Below, piece by piece: positions 40,673 to 55,330 of a stretch of DNA of 64,000 bases. Below the pieces are notes generated by a model. That model had not been told where the DNA came from and did no database searches. It saw only the letters and a program-made list of their open reading frames with translations. Every line of letters starts with the position of its first letter. Within the stretch, counting starts at the first letter, position 1. A program made the position numbers and the translations under genes. Source of the DNA: Vicugna vicugna (lineage: Eukaryota); NCBI GenBank assembly GCA_013265495.1, contig MU058423.1:8231627-8295626 (forward strand). The letters run 5' to 3'.

Positions 40673-41088
40673 AATTGAATGCAAATACTGATATTTATAA
40701 CAGAGTCCAATAACGTAAAGGATTTCTCTCCTTTCCAAATCTCAAAGTTAATTCCCCATTATTTAACTTTAACTTATTTAGAGACGTTGGTTAAATAAAA
40801 GCCAAGGATTAAAAACTGCCAATATTGGTCATACTTGTTAAATGAAATTATCTTACACAGCTTGAGAACTCAATACATTCGGGGAAGTGTACAACACTGG
40901 ACAAACGCTTGGAAAGAAGAACTGTTTCTTGCTGTGTCAGGCTTCCTGGACCCCAAGGAGAAGGAGCCGTTGGAGCACTAGAGCTGGAGGAACGGATCCT
41001 GTCGACTCTGGGAAGGCTGGGACCTTGCTTATCATTTGTCCAGTACCCCTGGCGCACAGCCCAAAGCAGGCCTTCTTGTTGGATGGAT

Positions 41089-41168
41089 GGGTGCACGGGT
41101 GGGTGCATGGGTGGGTGCACGGCTGGGTGCATGGGTGGGTGCATGGGTGGGTGCACGGGTGGGTGCAC
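41089..41168 (+). repeat. 12-bp minisatellite (GGGTGCAYGGGT) x6.7
   Basis: Units start at 41089, 41101, 41113 (variant ...GGCT), 41125, 41137 and 41149, plus a partial unit at 41161-41168. Confidence 0.97.
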
Positions 41169-41778
41169 CTATCAAGAAGGCTGGAAGCAGGAAGCATGAG
41201 CCACCCCAGTGCTTCCTCTAGGGTTGTTCTTTCTGCCCTGGTTTCAACAAAGCAGCAGAAAAGTGGAACAATAATAGGATTAGGGCTCTAGGGAAGTAGA
41301 TAAGCCACTAACTCCCTTCCCTGCTCCAGTCTGCCCTTGGTAGCACTGTCCCTCCTTCCTGTTCCCAGTTCTCCTTGTATCTAATCAGCCCGCCCCAGGA
41401 CCGGCACCACTGCAGCACCTGCAGCGCGTCGCCCCCGCCCCCCGACGCCGGCTCCTCCCAGAGCTGGCTGAAGGAAGGGCTCCTGAAATGGCGCAGAGCA
41501 CAGGCAAACATGGCATCCAACCACAGCAAGCGTGCACAGCCCTCAAAAGCATGAGCTTATCTTCCATTTCTTTCATGTTTCTGCCTATTACTTCTAACAA
41601 TGCAGATCTTGCACCCAGGACAAGAGTTATTATGTGACTGAACATCTTTCATGGGTTTGGTCAGGTGGTAAGTAATGGTTTGGTACATCCCAGTTTATAT
41701 GTTGCCAATAATACTATGATTAAGTATCCTTGCCAGTGCGTAAAAAGTCCATTTTTCACTAGGTGATTGACAATGCAA

Positions 41779-41824
<46 letters not shown>

Positions 41825-41844
41825 TCTCTCTCTCCCTCTCTCTC

Positions 41845-41880
<36 letters not shown>

Positions 41881-41900
41881 TATATTACATATGTATATAT
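41779..41900 (+). repeat. Compound (CT)n(TA)n(CA)n microsatellite
   Basis: Seen directly. Confidence 0.95.
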
Positions 41901-42309
41901 ATTTGTGCCATATATTCCTAAGACTGAAATCTGATAGTTAATAAACTTTTATTGTTGACAGTTTCAAGTATAACCCTAGACTCCCCCAGGACACAGAAGT
42001 TCTTCAGGGATTGAAAATACCAACACTAAGCCAAATTCTCATCCTACAGAAGCACAGAGAGTATCACTGGATCACGATTACTTGAAATTTTAATGTTTTG
42101 GTTCTGGGTCCCAGGAGAATACTAAAAGAGCATATGTTCCTTCTATGGAACACTTTGGAACCTTTGCCACATTCTACTAAACTCTTTGGAAACTTGTTCC
42201 CTAATTTCACAGAGAAAGTCCCTTATAGCCGTCATACTCAAAAGTAGAATTTACCATATTGATCTTTTAAAAAAAAAATCACAGGTCTTAAAAATATGGT
42301 TGGGTAAGT

Positions 42310-42625
42310 TTAGACAAATGCATTCATTGAGTAACCAGTTTTTTAGTAACTGAAAAATTAAGATAGGGAGCATTGCTAACAACCTAGAATGTTCCCTCAT
42401 CTTTCTTTTCAGTTTATCCTCCTCCCAGAGGCAATACCTGCATAGATTGGTTTTATCTGTTTTTGAATTTTGCGTAAACGGAATCATGCAGTATGTTCTC
42501 TTTTGTGGCTGGCTTCTTTTGCTCAACGTGACGGTTTTAAGATTTACACAAAATGTAGGCGTTCCTTTTTTGCTTGCTGATAATATTTCATTCTGTGAAA
42601 TTATCACACTGTGCTCATCCGTTAC
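42310..42625 (-). mobile_element. Old LINE-1 (L1ME-like) 3' fragment
   Basis: gtaaacggaatcatgcagtatgttctcttttgtggctggcttcttttgctcaac. The ORF translation LSKRSQPQKRTYCMIPF is L1-derived. Confidence 0.75.
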
Positions 42626-45600
42626 TAATTAACACAGAAGCTGGTTGGGCACATGATGGTACTTCAGTAAAACGTGGTGATTCCTGTTCATTCAACCCGC
42701 AATTTATACTTGGCTTTTGCTAATGACTATACCCATAACTAACTCTGATTTTTAATCCTTCAATCCTCAAAGGGATTGAAAGAAAGAGAGAGCATAGGAG
42801 AACCGGGAGTTCCCTGAGAGTCTGCACCTGAGTAGAAAGCACATGGAGTAAGAGACAGGAGGTGTCAGAGGAGACGTCTTCAGCACGAACCGAATTTGCT
42901 CCAGGTCCTGGCTCTCATCAAGGTTTGTGAAAAGAGTGAATCGTATGTGGGTCTAACCCTCCCTCAGTGTTATCTTCCTCTTATCTTTCCTAGCTCTTTT
43001 GACCACTGGTTAAAAATTCTTTTCCTTTGTAGGTAATCTAAATACTGTCAGCTAGTCAAGAAGACCTTGCTTGCTTGCGTATTCTGTAATTTCCCTTAGT
43101 GTGGCAGTGAGGGTAATGGTACATATAAAAAAGTATTTTGAGTCCCTTTCCTTGTGACCAAGCACACATCAAAAAAGCAGGAAGGGATATGGGAGGAAAT
43201 TATGCAATTTATTGTGATTTCTCATCATCAAGAGCTTACTGTGTCCACAGGGAAAGAATAATAGGTCCTATAAAGATTTCTTTTGGTTATTTGGGATTCC
43301 TCCCTTAAGATGTTTAAAACCTATTTAGGGAAAACATAGACAAATCAATCTAATTTGATCTAATTAGGTGTCCACAGGAAACATCATTCCAGCTAAGTAT
43401 GGAGAAAGCAGTATTAAAAACAAAAAAAGGAGAAGTGAACATTATAAGGAGATTAAAGAAACTAATTATTGCAAATACTATAGGTAAATAGTGGTTTCCA
43501 ACTAGAGATTAATTTTTAAGCCAATGACTATTTATAAGATCAAATCTTTAACAGTTTTGTAGAATTTTTTTTAATGTGTCATTCAAGTGTTATCCCTTGC
43601 TTCTCAACTGAAAATGGAGTTGCTAATGTTTAGAATTACTTGAATTACAAGCCCTCACTTTCTAGGATTTCCTCAGCAGGGCCCATCATCTTTGTGAAGG
43701 TGCTATTTCAGAGTAGCAGCTCCCAGAAAAAGCTACATTTATCGTTGCCTAGAAGACTTGACAGGTCTCAGTGATGTACTGAACAGAGGTGTGAAGAGCC
43801 CAAACCACGCAAAACCTACAGCCTAGGTGAAAAATAGCACAAGAGTATTGTATTGGGCATCTCTCGAACATCAGCCATGTCCAGAGGAGAAGTTAATCCA
43901 ATCTGAAAATAAGGAACATTATCATCGTTAGAATAAGACACTTTACATTGGGAAAAAAACTGGAGATGCCAGAAATCACAACCCTACTGCTGATATGACT
44001 CAAATAGAATACAGTATCTAATTAGCATGAATGCGAAATTCGTACCCCTATGCATTTTTGAATTTATAATATCACTAAATTAACTTTTATTAAAGAACTA
44101 GATTTCTCTGCTTATTAAGAGACTGAAAAGGAAGAACAAACACTGTCTTATATGAGATTTTTATTTGAACATTCTATAAAAGTGTAATCATGTTTAATGT
44201 TGTTAGGAAGAAAGTATTATTTGATGCTATCTTGTAATTTTCCTGAATATTTATGAGCCAATGGTACTTTTTACAAGAACATCCAAAGTATGGCTATGGT
44301 TGTCTGTTTTACGCCTGTTTAAAAACCTCTACATATGTTTTTTAATCAAAACTTTATGGAGTTTATTTTAGTATAAATATATAGGTAGTGAGTGTTTGTT
44401 TTTTTTTCCCAACCTCAGTTCTCAAAATATGCTGAATTGAAACCAGATATTCATGTTGGATTACAGCCAAGGATTCCTTCATCTTAGCCATTGCTCTTGG
44501 CCAGAACTAAGGCTCTGCCCCACATCTACCCAGGAAAACTACAGTCCAGGGTTGTCCAGTTTTCTTGGAATGAAATGCACTGTCTGGAATTTCCAGGAAG
44601 AAAGTACATTTAACCAGTGAATAATGTGCTCACAGGTGGGCTGGCGAGGCCATCCTCCTGGTCACTAATGAGCTCCCCAGTCCCCCACCAAGGTCAGCTG
44701 CCCTACCTCATCTTCCCCTCGTCCTGTGAGTCACTGCTGTGCTTATAAAGATAAGCCCAAGAGCACAACCACTTTATCTTCCATAGAAACACTAAATGGA
44801 CGCGCTTTTCCATTATGCTGGGTTCCGTAATGAAAGCCCTAGGAAGTGACTATAACATGAACTCATTCCTTCCGCCTCAGCAGACAGATGGATAGAAACA
44901 TTCCAGTTGGTTTCCAGTCTTTTGTCTTCGGAACATTTTTGGCATTTCCTTCAGGAAACTGGAGGTTGTGACCTAAGGTTTCCTTAGTGAGCACGCTTCT
45001 GTTTCCCACAGTTAACCTTACCCAGAAATGACATCTACTCCATTAGGTGCAGTTTATCTTCATGTCCCAACTGTGTCCTGTGCATATTCAATGACACTTG
45101 AAAGCACAGATTCTGAAAGTTAACAATAGCACTGGAGAGCCAAACACACCAAAATACTTTAACATAATCCCCAGTGAAGATGCCAATAATATCAGAACAA
45201 GAAGTAACTGTTACAATAATTCTGTGATGCTTGCAAAGTGTTCTCGTTCTCGTTTGATAGTTGGAGAAATGAATGACTAGGGATGTTCAAGCTTTTGGAT
45301 ACAGTGAATCAAAAATTTTCATATAAAAGTTGTAGGCTATTCAGCCTACATTCTGCAGCTTGCTCCTTTATTGATATTGTATAGTTTTATATTGTTCAGT
45401 GGGTAGACTGGGAGAAGCCAAGACAATGTCTTGGAAAAATTAAGTAATTTAATATTATCTCCCATATTCATATCCCCACTTCTCCAGCACATTGGTGCAA
45501 AGATGAGAACGTAAGCTTCTGTGGATGGGTGTGAACCGACCATTGAGTGTCATAATTTAAATTAGACTTACAACTACATTGTTGTATAGTATTTCTTGTA

Positions 45601-45932
45601 GAACTCAAGTTTTAAGACAGAATTGGACTTAATTTAGTTTGGCTTGGTTGTAAGCTAAAGTTCAAACAATTACATTTACTTGTCAGTGTGGTATTTGGAG
45701 GTTGGTGGTTTTCATCTCATTCTTTACTACTCTTCAGTGTTAACTTATCGAAGTTTCTCTTCCTGAAAAAGATAGAGTGGTTTCTAAACCACATTTTTTT
45801 TCACACCCTAGTTTATCAGGGCAAAATCCTTTAAAGAATAACAGAAATTTGCCTTTAACTTTGATTCTAAAGAGCCACATAGTCAAATAGAATGTCTTAA
45901 TAACTATTTTTTAAAAATGCTCTTCACAAAGG

Positions 45933-47301
45933 AATCTTTAAAAAAATCAGTTTATTAATGTTTAAATGTTGATGAAGCTATGTGCAAAATGATCCACATT
46001 GTCAGAAACCTATTAAATACTATTTTTTTTAAAGACACTTCTCCGTTTAATTGCACTGGAAACCATACTAAAGAGACATCAATATATTTTTATTCTTTGT
46101 AACATTTGTACACTTCTTCAATGAACTATTTAATGAACAGCTGTACTGAAAAACTTCTCATGTTCCCTATCAGTTAAAGTAATGCTTTAAGGGCACAAGA
46201 GGGTGGTATTTTCTGAAGAAATACACATTCAATGGTGTTAACACAGGTTAGGAAAATCCAATAAGATGTGGAAACAAATACATTCAAAAATTATAAAAAG
46301 TACTTTTAACACAACAAAATACAGCAATCCTGTTGGGTTGAAATGATTCACACAACACTCTGAAATAAACATCAACAAAAGTGCCAAAGACAGATGTATT
46401 TGTTAGAAAAATTCATCAAGAACACCTCTCAGTTTACAAAGTCACCCCTCAGTCAGTTTTCACCTTGTTTTGCTTGTTTGCTGCTCCTGTGACACTAAGG
46501 ATCCTGACTGATGTCATTTAAATAAGTTGGACCTTCTTATGCAGATTTCAGCCATGATGGATATGATACTGTAACACATTTCATTGCAAAGATTTTTGCA
46601 AAGTGACTGCAACCAAATTCCAAAAAACTCGTCCAGCTTACCTGGAAACTTTGGCCTCAGCAAGTGAAATGGCTTTACATCTCCAAACCATCTCCATCAC
46701 AGCCTACCTGCTGGACGCAGCCAACATGCTACAAGATGACCAAGAAATAAACCATGCCGCACCCCTAGCTCTGAATGCTAGGTAGTTAAAATACAAAGTA
46801 AAGGAATTCTGAGGAGGGTTGTGCAGGGGAAGGAAGGGTGGGATATGTAGAGCATACCTAGAGAAGGAGAAGTGAGAACAGACTCACTTGGGTTGGAAAC
46901 TAAAGTGAAAGAAACATCTCAAATGTTCCGACAGAGACGCTTTCACACGGGGACATCAGTCTTTGTGGAGGGGCCAAATGAACACTTCAGGAGCTTGACA
47001 ATGCTAACCTTTGGCTCAGTGCAAAATCAAAGCTCCAGGGGGCAGGAAATAGACTCCTGGCGAGGACCTGATCTCCACCCTTCCCAGTGCATTGTTCACA
47101 GGAACTAACTCCATCCACCAACACCAGGCACCACCAGGCTGTTCTGATGCGCCTCCTCCCTCCCTCTGGCTCGCAGCAGCTCCTTCCAGGCAGCAGTGGA
47201 GGCACAGAGAGAGATTTTTTGTTTTTGTTTTTGTTTTTCCAAACACTGGGGTGGTGGGTGACCATGCAAGAACACTTCCTGCGGGTTGGCAGTTGTCACT
47301 T
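45933..47301 (-). other. S1PR1: S1PR1 3'UTR
   Basis: Repeat-free AU-rich sequence from the stop codon to just past AATAAA (plus-strand tttatt at 45951-45956). The cleavage site is approximate. Confidence 0.85.
45951..45956 (-). terminator. S1PR1 distal polyadenylation signal AATAAA
   Basis: The minus strand reads CATTAATAAACTGATTTTTTTAAAG, followed by U/GU-rich sequence. Confidence 0.8.
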
Positions 47302-50260
<2,959 letters not shown>

Positions 50261-50470
50261 CTGGCTCAGGCAGGGCGAAGCTGCGTTCGGGGGGCTCCAG
50301 GTCTGCCCTGCGCGCTCGGCATCTTGCTGCTGCCCGGACTGACTGCGCCACGCTCGCAACTCACTCGAATCGGGGTCCCCTCCCTCCGCAGTCGCACACT
50401 CCAATGGCCAGTGCGCTCGCCGCGGCCCGGCCGGCCGGCTAGCTGAAGTCGCCGAGCGCCCCGCTGAGGC
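50261..50470 (-). other. S1PR1: S1PR1 non-coding exon 1 (3' end exact, 5' end approximate)
   Basis: The minus strand reads ...GGGCAGCAGCAAGATGCCGAGC...CGAACGCAGCTTCGCCCTGCCTGAGCCAG|gtgagg. It resembles the recalled human 5'UTR and lies in the CpG island. The TSS cannot be fixed from sequence alone. Confidence 0.8.
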
Positions 50471-50600
50471 TGAGTGGCTTCTTTAGGAAGAGACGGGGAG
50501 GGGTGAAGGCCTCAACACTCCACGCCCTCAGCCCGCGCGCGGCTGGGGGCCCCCGGATCTCGGCTGCCGAGACTCACTGTCCAGGAAAGATCTGGGGCAG

Positions 50601-50602
<2 letters not shown>

Positions 50603-50630
<28 letters not shown>
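50603..50630 (+). repeat. (AC)14 microsatellite in the S1PR1 promoter
   Basis: Seen directly. Confidence 0.97.
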
Positions 50631-50636
<6 letters not shown>

Positions 50637-53025
50637 AACCCCTCCTCCCCCCAGACACCCTCCCCAAAAAAAGAGAAAAAAGAAAAGGGGCGGAGCCTGG
50701 TGCCCCCTGGACTCTAATGTATAAATCACGGCTCTCGCCCTGTTATGGGCCGCTCCAGGGCGGTGGAGGCCATTCTCTCGAGCCTTAGAACCCAGAGGAG
50801 GTGGAGAGCCTTCGGAAACTTTTCTCAAGAAAAGTCTTAGGGGCCAGAAGGCAGCCTGGCGTCTGCAGCGCATCTCTCTGGACCCCACCCCCGCAGCCCT
50901 TGGGGGATCTGAGTCCCGAGATTGTGACCCGGCGCACCCCCCACCCCCCGCCCCGGCCGCTTCCGCGCAGGCAGGGGGCACGCGCGCCGCGACCCGCGAG
51001 TCCGGGCCGCGTTCTGGGGAGGAGAGGCTGCGAAGGGGCTGCGAGAGGTACGGAGCAGGCGAGCAGCCTGGGAGGGAGAGCGGCCTGGGAGGTTCCTCCA
51101 CTTCTGCACACCTCCACCCCCAAACCCCATCCCGCTGCTGCCTCGAAACTTGTGGTCTGAGGGGCAGAAAGTGGCTTTCGCGGGGCGCACAGTGAAACGG
51201 ACTGGCGCCTAGCGAGGTGTTGGGCGGGGGTTCCCCTCACTCAACTGGGCGCAAAATCAGGCCTTGTGTCCCAGATTCTGGCCAGTGGGGAGGCCCCTCT
51301 GACGAGGTGGGCAGCTGCCGGGGCCTGAGAGGTTTCCACAGCTTGAGCAGCTCGGGAACTTCCAAAGGGAAAGAGCCGCCGGGCCCAGACCAGCCGAGGG
51401 CCTGCCGCCGCCCAGCCTGGGGCCGGCACCCTTCTCGCCCTTTCTACCTGGGTACTTGGGAGGCCCCCAGACCTTAATGCTCACAACTCGCCCACTCTTT
51501 CCTTTCGCTTGGATGCTGCTTCAAGAACGGAAGACTGAGAGGCGGCCTTGGTCAGCTCCGCGTAAGTGCTGAGCTGAAGGCGCTTCTGCCCTGCCCTCCT
51601 GCCGCACAGGCGGTTCCCACCCAGTCTTTGGTCGCACTGGCTTCCCATCCTGGCAGATGTGAACGAAAAACTCCGTTGTGCAGTTTCAATTAACAGACAC
51701 ACCCTGTACCTGAATGACTCAGAAGGAGTCTGAAAGAATAAACAACAGACTCCTGGCTTCTGGGATCTTATGACTTTGCAAAGGAAAAAATCAAATGACG
51801 AGTTAACACACAGTCGATCGAAAGCCCTCTTCAACGGCATCGCACACAGCACACACCCACAAATTCAACAACAGTAAGTGCAGACGAGGTAGAAAGTAAA
51901 ATAACGGTCCTCTAGACGCTAGAATAGACTCTGATTGGGTCTGAGGACTTACTTCGCTTAAAAGGAAGGGTATGTTGAGTCTACCCAGCACAGCATAACT
52001 TGTGGACTTGGCAACCTTCACCCCATCTACTGATTTCTGAGTTCTTTAAGGGGAAAGGAATTAAATTGCACACCCAGACTCTATCAGGCAGGCGGAAGAC
52101 TGTCTAATTGAACCCTACTGCTCTGTGTAGCAAGCATTATTGGTCATTTTGTTGATGAGGGAAATATCAGTTTAAATCACTAGATGTCCCAGCCAGTGAG
52201 TAGTGGAGCTGGATTCCAAAATTCCAGTGCTTCAGATGCTATGTCTAATGCCTTCAGTAAGCAGTTAAGGGGTTCCATATGTATACAATGGTTTGACAAT
52301 GAAGTCCTTTTAAAAAAAATCACTTACCTATTTCCTGACTACGCAAGTGTTACACATAATAACCCATTTAATCCTTACCATGATCCTGCAAGCTGGGTAC
52401 TATTATTATGCTAACTTTACAAACAAGGAGACTGAGTCCCAGACATATTTAGCAACGTGGTTAGCATGGGCTCTGACCGTAGATGGGCTGCAGATTCTAA
52501 ACCACTACTCCAAACCACCACAATAGACCTCAACCTTGTCGGAGAATTATGTAGGGGAAGTCAGCCCTTTTCTTAATGTGTACTATTGGTGAGGACAGCA
52601 TTCAATATTGATTCGGCATTTAGGACAGCTCAAATACTTTGCAGATGATTGCTTAGATGAAGATTCATCCTGAGTACACAGCTATGAGATTTCAAATGTA
52701 GGTGACACTCAGGCAAAATTAGAAAGTAGGCAAAGTTGTTTGCAGCAATGGCTTCCCTGCCAGTTCCAAGTCTCTGGTTCCCACACACATCTCTTCCCAT
52801 TACTCTCAGGAGAGGCCCTACGAATTGCATCCTCCAACTGCCTCCTGGCTCTTAGCCCAGCTCCCTTTCCGCTGCTGCCTGAAAGGCAAGCCCAGCGTCC
52901 CTACCTCACTTCTCGGCACACTGAGGTTACCGACTGATGCCCACCATACTGAGATTGAGTCAGTCAAATTTCTTGTTTCAGAGCAGCTTTGCTGCTTTTT
53001 AAATGCATGCTTAAGTGTCTCTCTT

Positions 53026-53153
53026 TAAGTGTTGCCAGATAAAATACCACGCAATATATTTGGGACATACACTGAATCAATTCTGTTGTTAATTTGCAGC
53101 TGAAATTTATCTGAGTTGAGCTGTATTTTTATTTGTTAAATCTGGCAACCTTC
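53026..53153. mobile_element. MER53-like hAT MITE
   Basis: Terminal inverted repeats GTTGCCAGAT (53031-53040)/ATCTGGCAAC (53140-53149), internal gcaatatatttgggacatac, and ctctctt on both flanks. Confidence 0.8.
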
Positions 53154-53454
53154 CTCTCTTTCCTAAATGTTCCAGTCACTTTTCAACTCACTCTCCTCCC
53201 GCCAGTCCCCTGTAAAGACCTAAACCCTCTTTTCACTCATTCATTCATAGGAGAGTAACCAGCCTCCTACTTCATTGGAGAAAAGAGTGTCACCGCTTAC
53301 AAGTTCCAGTTTAGTAACAACGCCACCCGCCCATACCTCCTTCCCACAGCTGTGCTCCTTCCCGAGGCAGTCTCTTTGCCTGTATCACCATGTTGCTCCC
53401 CCATCAAACTTTCTAAGACTTGGCTCAGTTATTCCTTCTCTCTCTCGTACCTTC

Positions 53455-53705
53455 TCTTTTTTTAATTATTGTTTATTTATTAATTTTTTTGTTGAAGTAT
53501 AGTTGATTTACAATGTTAGTTTCAGGTGTATAGCAAAGCGATTCAGTTATACATATACATTCATATTTTTTTCAGATTCTTTTCTATTGTATGTTATTAC
53601 AAGAAATTTAATATAGTTCCCTGCGCTATACAGTAGGTCTTTGTTGTTTACTTTATATATAGTAATGTGTAACTGTTAACCCCAAACTCCTGATTTATCC
53701 CTCTT
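53455..53705 (-). mobile_element. LINE-1 3' end
   Basis: ttttgttgaagtatagttgatttacaatgttagtttcaggtgtatagcaaagcgattcagttatacat...atagttccctgcgctatacagtaggtc. Confidence 0.85.
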
Positions 53706-53879
53706 GTAGTTTCCTGATTTATTGCTTATACTTTCAATTATTGGCCTCGGATGACTCTTCACCTTCAACTTACCTTAATATTGTGTGTTTCCTCTGATGA
53801 AAACTCACTGTCTTTCCCTCATATGAGATCTCAGCATCTTCCCTTGTTTGCCAACATTCAGAACAATGTCGTGGAACAT

Positions 53880-54060
53880 GATTGAGCTTTTGAACTGGAC
53901 ATACTTGGGTTCAACCTTAATTCTGCTACTTCCTAGCTGTGTGGCATTCCTTTAACTTCCTTGAGCCTCAGTTTCCTTATCTCCAAAATGGTATGATGGT
54001 ATTTCTTTCAGTCATTGGGAGGATTAAACAGCTTCATGTGTGTAAAGACTATATATTAAA
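53880..54060 (+). mobile_element. MIR SINE
   Basis: ttgggttcaacc...acttcctagctgtgtggc...gagcctcagtttccttatctccaaaatgg...gaggattaaa. Confidence 0.8.
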
Positions 54061-54149
54061 TACTTCACCTTCACACTATTCCTGTCTCTAACTCTTTATA
54101 TTCATGGCTTTTATTATCTCATTTTCCACCTACCTTCCTTTTTGGTTAT

Positions 54150-55330
54150 CAAATAAAATTATTTTTAATAAAATTAATACATGCACATGGTTAAAAAAAT
54201 CAAATAGAAAACTTGCAGGGAAGTGCGCGAATCTTCTAAGACTCCCTGATCCTCTAATCCTCCCAACCACTTCGAAGTCTTATTGACTTATTGACTTATT
54301 TGAAGTTCTTCTGGTGGCTACTTGAAATCTCTAAATCCGCTACTTTATATACCTGCATTTCTTGACGATCAATTTTAGACAATAACTACAGGTTTTCTGC
54401 TATGTTGAAGGAGCATTAATTCACTTACCCTTAAAAATATGCTTGTGCTATAACTTTCTAAATCCATGCATGTCTGAAATTTTAAAAGTTCTGTTTTTAC
54501 ACTTGACTAATATTTTGGCTGAATATAGAGTTAGAGGATGTAAATAACTTTCCCTGGGAATTTTGAAGTCATTACCCCCTTGTCTTTTAATTTCTAGTAC
54601 TACTGATACAAGTCTAAAAAGCTATTCTGATCAAAACCTCACAAGACTACATCTTTTCTTCTCTGGATGTTTTTAAAAATCTTCTCTTTCTCCACAGTGT
54701 TCTGGAATTATATAATAATATAACCTGATTTTCCCAGCTTTCTCCTGGACACACAATGGGCCATTCACAGTCTGGGAAAGTATCTGAAATCATTTTTTTT
54801 GAGGGGGGATAATTCTATTTTCTCTAGTTCCACTATTCAGATTATGGATTATCGGGACTGATCTTTTAATTTCCTTATATTTATTTTCCATTTTCTACAT
54901 CTTTTTTTTTTAATTTCTGGGAGATTTCTCAACTATATCTTTTAGCTCTTCAGATAATATTCTCTTTCTGTTATCGTATTTTAAATTCTAAATGCTGTCT
55001 TTTTCTTTTACGACTATTTCATTTTTACCAAACCCTGTGCTGTTGCTGCCATCTTCTCCTATTTTCTTTATTTCTCACTTTCCTGTTTGTTTTGGTCTCA
55101 GTCCTTTGTGTCAGAGGCTTTCCTACTGTCAGGTGATCTCCGGTTGTCTATCCACATTTCAGACAGAGACACTGAAAGCTAATTAAAACTCTGTGGGGAG
55201 CTTGTCAATGGAAGGGTGCTAGGTGATCAGGCTGTGTTCTTTTGTTGGAGGACCCCAAAAGTCAATATCTGGAGATCTCTGTTCCTAGGCTGGTCAGTTT
55301 CACCAGTGAGGAATTCTAGAATCTCTTGTC
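54150..55330 (-). mobile_element. Old LINE-1 fragments
   Basis: tttggctgaatatagagttagag...ccctgggaattttgaag...tctgggagatttctcaact. Similar L1M sequence continues at ~57400-59450. Confidence 0.65.

Noticed and set aside
40848..41291. ORFs with HPPM/VHGW/HPCT/GGCM repeats; possible CRISPR-like array
   Set aside because: These are translations of the 12-bp minisatellite. The units are contiguous with no unique spacers, and the DNA is eukaryotic.
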